Shown here: piece by piece, positions 9,448 through 17,262 of the stretch | How the letters are laid out: each line of letters opens with the position of its first letter | Numbering within the stretch: the stretch's first letter is position 1 | Origin: an uncultured Methanosarcinales archaeon | Lineage (GTDB): Archaea > Nanobdellota > Nanobdellia > Woesearchaeales > UBA11576 | Direction: 5' to 3' | Assembly (NCBI GenBank): GCA_964406185.1 | Contig: CAYOQS010000001.1 | Coordinates: forward strand, 6,121 to 70,120 | DNA length: 64,000 nt | The notes under the pieces: generated by a model | What the model was told of the DNA's origin: nothing | The model's input: only the letters and a program-made list of their open reading frames with translations | Database searches by the model: none | Position numbers and translations under genes: made by a program

Positions 9448-10080
9448 ATGTGCATGGACTGGAAGAAGGTTAAGCGGACCTGGAAGAAGGTTTGGTATTT
9501 CGTCTGGGAGGATGATTCCTGGGCTAGCTGGTTCGTGAACATCATCCTTGCTTTTGTGCTGATCAAGTGGGTGGTCTATCCTGTTCTGGGCCTTCTGCTT
9601 GCTACGTCTCATCCGATAGTGGCTGTGGTCTCGAGCAGCATGGAGCATGATGGCAGCTTTGATGACTGGTGGTCGAGCAGGGCTGTCTGTGGAGAGGGGT
9701 ATTCCTGTACCCAGTCCGAGTATTATTCTGCTCTTGGCATATCCAGGGATGAGTTCCGTGATTTTGATTTCAGGAACGGTTTCGACAGGGGGGATATCAT
9801 GGTTTTGCGCGGGACTGACCCTGATGATATCGAGATCGGTGATGTGATAGTTTTCATGGCGAACCGGCCTGAACCGGTCATACATCGTGTGACGCAGACT
9901 GTTCAGGATGATTCGCGGTACGCCTTCTCGACAAAAGGTGATCATAATGTGGCGTCTTTCTATTTTGAGAGCTACATACCTGAGGAGAATTATATCGGCA
10001 GGGCGGTGTTCCGTGTGCCTTTCCTTGGTTATATCAAGATAGGTTTTGTCAAGCTGCTTGATGTGGTGGGGATATTGTGA
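9448..10080 (+). CDS. signal peptidase I, archaeal/eukaryal Sec11 (S26B) type
   Basis: 210 aa with an N-terminal TM helix, then SSSMEH (catalytic Ser box), GDIMVLRG, GDVIVF, VIHRV (His box) and TKGDHN. Confidence 0.8.
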   Translation: MCMDWKKVKRTWKKVWYFVWEDDSWASWFVNIILAFVLIKWVVYPVLGLLLATSHPIVAVVSSSMEHDGSFDDWWSSRAVCGEGYSCTQSEYYSALGISRDEFRDFDFRNGFDRGDIMVLRGTDPDDIEIGDVIVFMANRPEPVIHRVTQTVQDDSRYAFSTKGDHNVASFYFESYIPEENYIGRAVFRVPFLGYIKIGFVKLLDVVGIL

Positions 10081-10120
10081 GTTGCATTAGATGCTTTTAT
10101 TGTCTGAGGAGGTCGTATGT

Positions 10121-10444
10121 ATGATCCTGTTTTGTCCTAAGTGCAGGGCTATCTTGAAGCCTGTTAAGGAGGATGGCAAGGTGGTTATGGTTTGCTCCTG
10201 CGGTTATAGGAATGATGCGAGCGACGCTGGCTCCCTGAAAGAGACCCGTAAGAAGAGGGAGAAAGAGGAAGTGGAGGTCGTGGAAAAAGAGATCGAGACA
10301 CTTCCGGTCACAAAAGCAGAGTGCCCGAAGTGCGGCAATGACGAGGCTTTCTACTGGACTGTCCAGACCCGTGCAGGCGACGAGGCTGAGACCCGTTTCC
10401 TGAAGTGCACCAAGTGCAAGAAGACCTGGCGGGAGTATGATTGA
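10121..10444 (+). CDS. tfs: transcription factor S / RNA polymerase subunit M-like
   Basis: It has two zinc ribbons: MILFCPKCRAIL...CSCGY and CPKCGNDEAFYWTVQTRAGDEAETRFLKCTKCKKTW, the latter with the acidic DE loop. I chose ATG 10121, preceded by GAGGAGG. Confidence 0.85.
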   Translation: MILFCPKCRAILKPVKEDGKVVMVCSCGYRNDASDAGSLKETRKKREKEEVEVVEKEIETLPVTKAECPKCGNDEAFYWTVQTRAGDEAETRFLKCTKCKKTWREYD

Positions 10445-10593
10445 GTTAAACGGCATTGCCACTGCCATATCCTGCGTCGCCGATACCGCCCAGCGACGCA
10501 TCAGGAAAAGAAGAAGTAAGAAGCTGCGTGGTCAGTTCATCCTGAAGATCATAACACAGGAGCGCTGTATTGGCGACGCTGCGCTGTGTCAAA

Positions 10594-10842
10594 ATGGACA
10601 TCAACAAATACATCACCGATGGAATTCTAAAAGTCATAGTAAAACCCAATTCTCCAGAGACCCGAATCATCAAATACGACCACACCAAGAATGCCCTGCG
10701 CATAGCTGTCGCTGCAGTGCCTGACAAAGACAAGGCAAACACTGAACTTCTCAAGTTCCTGAAAAAACAGACGGGCAGGAGATGCGAGATAGTCTCCGGC
10801 GCCAGGAACCGGGAGAAAAAGATTAGATTTATAACTACTTAA
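10594..10842 (+). CDS. DUF167 (YggU/UPF0235) family protein
   Basis: The sequence runs ILKVIVKPNSPETRII...ALRIAVAAVPDKDKANTELLKFLKKQTGRRCEIVSGARNREKKIRF, the typical DUF167 pattern. I used ATG 10594; the track start at 10570 is TTG. Confidence 0.65.
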   Translation: MDINKYITDGILKVIVKPNSPETRIIKYDHTKNALRIAVAAVPDKDKANTELLKFLKKQTGRRCEIVSGARNREKKIRFITT

Positions 10843-10881
10843 AAGTAAAAACTTATAAAGGATTTCTTGGTTACAGAGCGC

Positions 10882-12015
10882 ATGCCTATCTTGACAAAAA
10901 ATGACATAAATGCAGCGAGGTATCTTGGCCTTATCGAGATAGACGGGCTTACAGACATCAGCGCGACCTCTCTGGATGTGAGGATAGATAAGCTCCTGAC
11001 GCCTGGGATGGAAAGGGAGGACATGAAGGAAGTGCCTGTGGACCAAGACGGCTGCTGGGTCGTGGGTCCTGATGATTTTTACCTGTTCGAGACAGTGGAG
11101 AGTTTCAGGTTAGAGCCCGGCTTCCACGGCCATATAAACTCGCGGAGCAGCTGGGCCCGTTATGGCGTCGCTTCAAGGGAGGCTGACGACGGTTTCGCCT
11201 TGCCTGCCAGGACATGTTTTGAAGGTAAGGTTATCTGTATGCTTAAGACGCTGGGCACCGCCGTTAAGATAAGGCCTGGCGACGCGATTGCGCAGGCGCA
11301 TCTCGCTTATGATGGTTTCGTGCCTGTCAGGGATGATGAGCTTGAAACGCTTCTGAAGAACGGCATGCTGGAGATAACCCGCAGAGGGAAACATCTGAAG
11401 GGTCTTGTGCAGCCTCACATAAGGGATGACATGGTGGTCATCGGCGGCAAGAGGACAAGAGGTCGTAGGATGAATGGTGGTTTCACCCTCACACATGATC
11501 CTTTCATAAAGATTTATACAGGAAAGACGATAGATCCCCATGATATGGATCCTGACTGTTTCTACGAGAAGCGTCTTTCCAACAGGGGGAGCAGGATAGC
11601 TGGTGGGACGTTCTTCCTGTCTTGCAGTGCGGAGGAAGTGAAGATCGGCAGGCATTTTGTCGGCTGGGTTCATGAGATGAACCATCTGCTGATGGTTTCA
11701 GGGGATAAAGAAAGCCAGGCCATACATCCTGATGAGCAGTACTCGACCCTGCAGACGCATGCCAACGCGCCTAAGATCGATCCTTATCCCCGCTTCCATG
11801 GCAAGATAACGTTCGAGAACTATGCGGTGTGTGATGTGACTGTAAGGCCTGGGTCAAGGATAACTGAACTGTATCTTTTCCGTCTTAACAACCCTTATTT
11901 TTCGGAGAATGAGGAGGTCTCCCGCTTCAAAGGTCAGGATAAGGCCATGCGTGGGAGGGCGCATCTTGATGCAAGGATCTGCCAGCTGGAACTGCCGTTC
12001 GGGAAGAATTGCTGA
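10882..12015 (+). CDS. two-domain dCTP deaminase-like protein (DCD / tandem dUTPase fold)
   Basis: About 377 aa. The N-terminal half has SLDVRIDKL ... INSRSSWARYGV ... IRPGDAIAQAHL. The C-terminal half has HANAPKIDPYPRFHGKITFEN ... VRPGSRITELYLFRL. Both resemble dCTP deaminase/dUTPase motifs. ATG at 10882. Confidence 0.55.
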   Translation: MPILTKNDINAARYLGLIEIDGLTDISATSLDVRIDKLLTPGMEREDMKEVPVDQDGCWVVGPDDFYLFETVESFRLEPGFHGHINSRSSWARYGVASREADDGFALPARTCFEGKVICMLKTLGTAVKIRPGDAIAQAHLAYDGFVPVRDDELETLLKNGMLEITRRGKHLKGLVQPHIRDDMVVIGGKRTRGRRMNGGFTLTHDPFIKIYTGKTIDPHDMDPDCFYEKRLSNRGSRIAGGTFFLSCSAEEVKIGRHFVGWVHEMNHLLMVSGDKESQAIHPDEQYSTLQTHANAPKIDPYPRFHGKITFENYAVCDVTVRPGSRITELYLFRLNNPYFSENEEVSRFKGQDKAMRGRAHLDARICQLELPFGKNC

Positions 12016-12032
12016 GTTCTTGATCCTGGTTC

Positions 12033-12611
12033 TTAACCGTTTATCTCCTTGACTATGCCTTCTACTTTCTCCCTGAGCTGTTCCAGTGTGCCGTCATTCT
12101 GTATCATGTAGTCCGCCCGTTTCATGCAGGCATTGACTTCCTGTCCATGCCCGCCTTTGTTCTCCCTGTCGTCGACCTCTTTGAACTCCTCGAACGTCTC
12201 CAGGTCGCCGTGCCGTCTTCTTTTCTTCAGCCTTTCGAACCTCAGTTTCTGCGGCGCGTCTACAGCGACCAGTATGAAGCGCATCTTCTTGCTCTCCATC
12301 TCGTGCTTCCTGAAGAGGTCTATCTCGTCGATGTCTCTAAGTCCTTCGAGAACCCATTTGTTCTTTCCCTTCTCCGCTTCTTTCTTCACCTTTTCCAGGA
12401 GCCGCGTTCCCAGTATCGACTTGCCGGGGCTTTCCTTCCTTAGGTCGCGCCCGAGTTCGCTGAGGTTCTCCCTGTTCACTTCTATGCCTCTTTCCCTGGC
12501 CACCTGCCTGAGCTCTGCTGAGAATGAGTGATGAGTGAAGCCGTCGTCCCTGAACATCTCTGCCACCTTTCCTTTGCCTGCGCAGATCGGACCTGTTATC
12601 GCGACTATCAT
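12033..12611 (-). CDS. P-loop nucleoside/nucleotide kinase-like protein, paralog of the N-terminal half of the next gene
   Basis: 192 aa with Walker A GPICAGKGK at the extreme N-terminus. It aligns by eye with the neighbour: GFTHxSxS..lR...GIEVxRxNL ... RFxRxKKR ... GQ ... Nd.t. Confidence 0.6.
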   Translation of the reverse strand: MIVAITGPICAGKGKVAEMFRDDGFTHHSFSAELRQVARERGIEVNRENLSELGRDLRKESPGKSILGTRLLEKVKKEAEKGKNKWVLEGLRDIDEIDLFRKHEMESKKMRFILVAVDAPQKLRFERLKKRRRHGDLETFEEFKEVDDRENKGGHGQEVNACMKRADYMIQNDGTLEQLREKVEGIVKEING

Positions 12612-12654
12612 TATAGCCGAAGAAAAAGATTGTTGCGCTTATAAATCTATTTGT

Positions 12655-13701
12655 TCATTTCATGTCTGCGTATGTCTGCATCTCGTCTTTGAGGACGCGC
12701 AGTTTCACTCCTGCTTCCTTGAATACCCTTCTGGTCTCTTTGGCTCCGTGGTAGCGTTTTTCGCAGACCACTCTTTCGATGCCTGCATTTATTATCATCT
12801 TCGCGCAGACATAGCACGGCTCCATAGTGCAGTAAAGTGTCGCTCTGTATATCGGTATCCCATAGCGGGCCGCCTGGCATATGGCATTCTGTTCTGCGTG
12901 TGTTGTCCGGACGCAGTGCTTCGAGGTCGTGCCGTCCTCATGCATTGTCGTCTTCAGTTCGTGTCCGATCTCATCGCAATGTTTGATGCCGACAGGACTT
13001 CCGACGTATCCTGTTGTCATGATCCTCTTGTCTTTGACTATCACACATCCGCTCCTGCCCCTGTCGCATGTCCCTCTTTTGCCTATCTCTTTGACCAGGT
13101 TCATGAAGTACTCGTCCCAGGTGGGCCTGACATATACAGGCATCTTCTTGGCTTTCTTTCGCAGGTCTGCGAGGAGCTTGTCGACTTTCTTCCGTTGCTT
13201 CTGTTTGGTGCTGTCGTTGTTCAGGACGTACTTTGCCATCTTTATGACGTTGGTGAGCTGCTGTCCCGGTCCGCGTTCCTGGCATTCGAGCTTCTCTTTC
13301 TCCTTGAGTTCCTTGAGTGTTTTGGGGTCCTTTTCTCTGTTGCGTTTCTTTATGCGTTGGAACCGCATCTTGATGGGTGCTCTGACCTCGACGAGGAAGA
13401 AGTGGCCATGCTGCATCAGCGCTTTGGCCTCTGCAGGATGGCGTATGGATGTTATGACGTGGTCTCCTTCTTTCTCTTTCATGCGGTGTAAAGCTCTTTC
13501 CCCCAGCACGCCGTGACCGTGTTCGGCCCTCATCTCATTAGCTACTCTGATGAGATTATCCCTCGTCACCTCTATACCTCTTCTACCCAGCTCTTCTCTT
13601 ATAAGATCAGAAAGCGATATGTGTGTAAATCCTTTTTTGACCAGGTGCTCTGCGACAGTGTCTTTGCCGGAACAGTACATTCCTGTTATGCCTATTATCA
13701 C
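12655..13701 (-). CDS. fusion protein: P-loop kinase-like domain + dCMP (deoxycytidylate) deaminase domain
   Basis: The N-terminus has IIGITGMYCSGKD (P-loop). The C-terminus has the zinc-deaminase motifs HAEQNAI ... MEPCYVCAKMIINAGI. I prefer GTG 13701, which has GGAGG 9 nt upstream; the track start at 13725 is also GTG. Confidence 0.75.
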   Translation of the reverse strand: MIIGITGMYCSGKDTVAEHLVKKGFTHISLSDLIREELGRRGIEVTRDNLIRVANEMRAEHGHGVLGERALHRMKEKEGDHVITSIRHPAEAKALMQHGHFFLVEVRAPIKMRFQRIKKRNREKDPKTLKELKEKEKLECQERGPGQQLTNVIKMAKYVLNNDSTKQKQRKKVDKLLADLRKKAKKMPVYVRPTWDEYFMNLVKEIGKRGTCDRGRSGCVIVKDKRIMTTGYVGSPVGIKHCDEIGHELKTTMHEDGTTSKHCVRTTHAEQNAICQAARYGIPIYRATLYCTMEPCYVCAKMIINAGIERVVCEKRYHGAKETRRVFKEAGVKLRVLKDEMQTYADMK

Positions 13702-13858
13702 GTTTATTATCCTCCGCAACACCACCTCTTTGTTCCACCCCTTCCTATATCCGAAAATTTTTCTTTATTTATTTGTTGTGTTGTCAAGGATGTGGGACGA
13801 CGGAATCATGTTTATAAGTGTTTTAAAGATATTTGCTGGGAGATATTTGATGGATCTT

Positions 13859-13913
13859 GAATAGATGTTGAATAGATATTTAATAGATATTTAATAGATA
13901 TTGAATTAGAGAA
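13859..13913. repeat. about 4.5 tandem copies of an 11-nt unit (G/T)AATAGAT(A/G)TT in the divergent promoter region upstream of glyA
   Basis: Read directly: gaatagatgtt gaatagatatt taatagatatt taatagatatt gaattagagaa. It is followed by the TATA-like TTATTTATAT (13917-13926), about 25 nt before the glyA ATG. Confidence 0.85.
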
Positions 13914-13950
13914 AGTTATTTATATCTCGACGCGGAAATGCATCCTGAAA

Positions 13951-15231
13951 ATGATGAGGCATCTGAAAGACAGGGATCCGGAGATACATTCTGTCATCCT
14001 TGATGAGCATTCACGACAGCAGAAGGGCGCTGAGCTGATCGCTTCTGAGAATTATGTCTCACGCGCTGTGATGCAGGCGATGGGCTCGGTCCTGACGAAC
14101 AAGTACAGCGAGGGATATCCTGGCAAGCGTTATTATGGTGGCAATGAGCACGTTGACGTTTCGGAGCAGCTTGCTATCGACAGGGTGAAGAAGCTGTTTG
14201 GTGCTGAGCACGCCAATGTCCAGCCGCACGCGGGAAGCCAGGCGAACATGGAGGCTTACTTCGCGCTTCTGGAGCTTGGAGATAAGATACTTGGGATGGA
14301 CCTTGCCCATGGCGGCCACCTCACTCATGGCAGCAGGGTCAACTTCTCAGGCAGGTTCTACAATTTTGTCAGTTATGGGGTGGACAGGGAGACCATGACG
14401 CTTGACATGGATGAGGTGCGGAAGATAGCCCGGAGAGAGAAGCCGAAACTGATGCTTTCCGGCTTCAGCGCATACCCGGGAAAACTTGATTTCAGGGAGT
14501 TCCAGGATATTGCTGATGAGGTCGGTGCTTACCACATGGCTGACATAGCGCACATCGCGGGATTGTGCGCTGCAGGCCTTCATCAGAACCCTGTTCCTTT
14601 CTGTGATGTTGTCACGACGACGACGCACAAGACCTTGCGAGGGCCGAGGGGTGCCATCATACTCTCGAAGATAAAAGACCGTCTGCGTCCTGATGACAAG
14701 AAGGACCTTTCGCGCAGGATCGACAGTGCTGTGTTCCCAGGGATGCAGGGCGGGCCGCTTGACCATGTCATAGCTGCCAAGGCTGTCGCTTTCGGTGAGG
14801 CTTTGCAGCCCGATTTCAAGGAGTATCAGACGCAGGTGCTGAAGAACGCGCAGGTGCTTGCCGAGACATTGATGGACAACGGCATCAGTCTTGTCTCTGG
14901 CGGCACTGACAACCATCTCATGCTCATCGACCTGACCAGGACAGGGCTCGGCGGGAAGGAGGTTGAGAAGGCCCTCGACGAGGTATTCATATTCACCAAC
15001 AAGAACATGATTCCTTTTGATGTGCGAAGCCCTTTCGACCCTTCAGGTATCCGTCTGGGCACTCCTGCCCTGACCACGAGAGGGATGAAGGAGGGGGAGA
15101 TGCGTATGATAGGGGTTTGGATCTCCAGGATGATAAAGCGACCTAAGGATCCTTACCTTAAGTCTAAGGTTAAGGCTGAGGTTCTTGATCTCTGCAGGAA
15201 TTTTCCGATATACGAAGGTCTTCTGCGATGA
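13951..15231 (+). CDS. glyA: serine hydroxymethyltransferase
   Basis: 426 aa with [20 protein letters not shown], the [16 protein letters not shown]-lysine motif and the typical SHMT length. Confidence 0.95.
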   Translation: MMRHLKDRDPEIHSVILDEHSRQQKGAELIASENYVSRAVMQAMGSVLTNKYSEGYPGKRYYGGNEHVDVSEQLAIDRVKKLFGAEHANVQPHAGSQANMEAYFALLELGDKILGMDLAHGGHLTHGSRVNFSGRFYNFVSYGVDRETMTLDMDEVRKIARREKPKLMLSGFSAYPGKLDFREFQDIADEVGAYHMADIAHIAGLCAAGLHQNPVPFCDVVTTTTHKTLRGPRGAIILSKIKDRLRPDDKKDLSRRIDSAVFPGMQGGPLDHVIAAKAVAFGEALQPDFKEYQTQVLKNAQVLAETLMDNGISLVSGGTDNHLMLIDLTRTGLGGKEVEKALDEVFIFTNKNMIPFDVRSPFDPSGIRLGTPALTTRGMKEGEMRMIGVWISRMIKRPKDPYLKSKVKAEVLDLCRNFPIYEGLLR

Positions 15232-15785
15232 CAATGAAGGTTCTTGCCGTCTGCGGAAGCCCGCGGAAGGGCAACACAGAGCAGATGCTGGACTGGGTTC
15301 TTGATTCCTGCAGGGCGGGAGGGGCTGACGTTGATATTGTCAACTTGCGCGAACTGAATATCGGGCACTGCACAGGCTGTGATGTGTGCTTCGGAACCGG
15401 CAGGCCGTGCGCTGTGGACGATGACATGGAAGGCCTGGTCACCAGGCTGTTGGAATGCGACGCCCTGATTCTCGGCACGCCGAATTACTTCACCAATGTC
15501 TCTGGCCTTATGAAGGTGTTCATTGACCGCACCAATCCTCTTTGCGACCCGCCTTTGCTCAAGGATAAGGTTTCCGCTTTTGTCTGTGTTGGAGCGCAGC
15601 CTGTCGGGAATTGGAAAGTGATAATTGAGAAGATATATCTGAATTATGTGAAAGGTATGGGTTTGGTCGATGCGGGTTCTGTCCTTGCCAAAGCGGAAGA
15701 CCCTGGCGAGATATCCAAGAAGGAGGATACGAAGCTGTCCTGTACCAATCTGGGCAACATGATCCTGGAAAAGGTCAGGGGCTAG
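15228..15785 (+). CDS. NAD(P)H-dependent FMN reductase / iron-sulfur flavoprotein-like
   Basis: It has [18 protein letters not shown], a CTGCDVC cluster and [20 protein letters not shown]. The ATG overlaps the glyA stop (ATGA), suggesting translational coupling. Confidence 0.75.
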   Translation: MTMKVLAVCGSPRKGNTEQMLDWVLDSCRAGGADVDIVNLRELNIGHCTGCDVCFGTGRPCAVDDDMEGLVTRLLECDALILGTPNYFTNVSGLMKVFIDRTNPLCDPPLLKDKVSAFVCVGAQPVGNWKVIIEKIYLNYVKGMGLVDAGSVLAKAEDPGEISKKEDTKLSCTNLGNMILEKVRG

Positions 15786-16963
15786 TCATCCTCTGGCTGA
15801 TCCGTATCTGCCTGCGTCGCTGCCTTCACATCTCCTATGAGGAATATTGAGCCGCACACCACTATCAGGTCTTTCTCTCCTGCAAGCTCTTTTGCTCGGG
15901 AGAGTGCTTTGGACGGGTCGCGCACTTTCTCGCATTCTACCTCTTCTGGCACTTGGTCGATCGGCAGCCGCCTTGCGATGGTTGACTGTGTGAATATTAG
16001 CTTCTTGTGTTCGGGCAGGAGCTGCAGCATCCTGTTGTAGTCCTTGTTCTTGCTGACGCCGAAGACGATGTACAGGTTGTCATGACTCAGCGTCTCGAGA
16101 TACCTTACCAGGGCTTTTATGCCTGCGGGGTTGTGTGCGCAGTCGAGCAGCACGTTCTTCCCGATGAATTCTGCCCTGCCGGGCCATTTCACTTCAAGCA
16201 GTGACTCTTTTATTGTCTTGTCGTCGATGCCAAGCCCCTCTGCTGCCTTGACCGCGAGTCCTGCGTTCTCTTCCTGGAACTGTCCGTGAAGCGATGTCCT
16301 GTATTCTGATTTTCCCGTCTTAAGAAGTTTGGCATGCTTTTCTGCGGCTTGGTTCTCTATAACATCCATTGATTCTGCGTTGGATTCCGTGGTGATGACT
16401 TTCTGCTCTGGTTTTATCATCTCGCATTTGTCTTGTGCTATCTTCTGCACTGTGTCACCGAGTATGTGGGTGTGGTCAAGCGATATCCTTGTGATTATGG
16501 TCATCATCCCGTTGTTGAAGTTGGTCGCGTCGTATTTTCCGCCCAGTCCTGCCTCGAATATTGCGTAGTCGACTTTCTTCTTTGAGAAGTGCAGGACTGC
16601 CATGAGGGTGATGAGCTCGAAGAACGTGAGTTCTGTGAGCTTTGACTTCGCTTCAAGGAATGCTTGCCTGAACTCGTCTTTTGTTATGGGTTTGTTGTTG
16701 ACCTGTATCCTCTCGCGGACGTCGACGAGGTGTGGTGAAGTGAACATACCTGTCTTGTGTCCTGCTCTCTCAAGTATCTTGGAAAGCATGGCCGCGACAG
16801 ATCCTTTGCCGTTCGTGCCGACTATATTGATTATCTTCAGGTCTTTCTGCGGGTTGCGGAACAGCTTGAGCGCCTTGCGTATCCTGCCTATGCCGAGCTT
16901 CATGCCTGAGAATTCCATGCTGTTCATGTAATGGACTATGCTTTCGTATGTGACTGCCTGCAT
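15782..16963 (-). CDS. folC: folylpolyglutamate synthase / dihydrofolate synthase
   Basis: 393 aa in the Mur-ligase family, with VGTNGKGSV P-loop, FTSPHL and EAGLGGKYDATN. Confidence 0.85.
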   Translation of the reverse strand: MQAVTYESIVHYMNSMEFSGMKLGIGRIRKALKLFRNPQKDLKIINIVGTNGKGSVAAMLSKILERAGHKTGMFTSPHLVDVRERIQVNNKPITKDEFRQAFLEAKSKLTELTFFELITLMAVLHFSKKKVDYAIFEAGLGGKYDATNFNNGMMTIITRISLDHTHILGDTVQKIAQDKCEMIKPEQKVITTESNAESMDVIENQAAEKHAKLLKTGKSEYRTSLHGQFQEENAGLAVKAAEGLGIDDKTIKESLLEVKWPGRAEFIGKNVLLDCAHNPAGIKALVRYLETLSHDNLYIVFGVSKNKDYNRMLQLLPEHKKLIFTQSTIARRLPIDQVPEEVECEKVRDPSKALSRAKELAGEKDLIVVCGSIFLIGDVKAATQADTDQPEDD

Positions 16964-17262
16964 AAGAAGGCGAAGAAAAAAGAATCATTTAAAAGTGTTC
17001 CTACAGCTGACTCTATATGCTGCTGCCACGCCGCAGCCGTCCTGCGAGCATATTGAGGGGATGATTGCTCTCGACAGGTGATGGTTTGACAGGTTGTTGA
17101 TCGTATTGCTGGCTCGCGACGCTGCGGCGTGGCGATTATACTGGTGCTATTCCTAGCGGCTCTGTCCAGGATGAGACTGATTAAAGCAAGTTGCGATGCT
17201 GCTGGCGCCTGACAGTATCGCAGATGCAGATATAGATGATTCCTACTTTCTGGACAGAGCCA

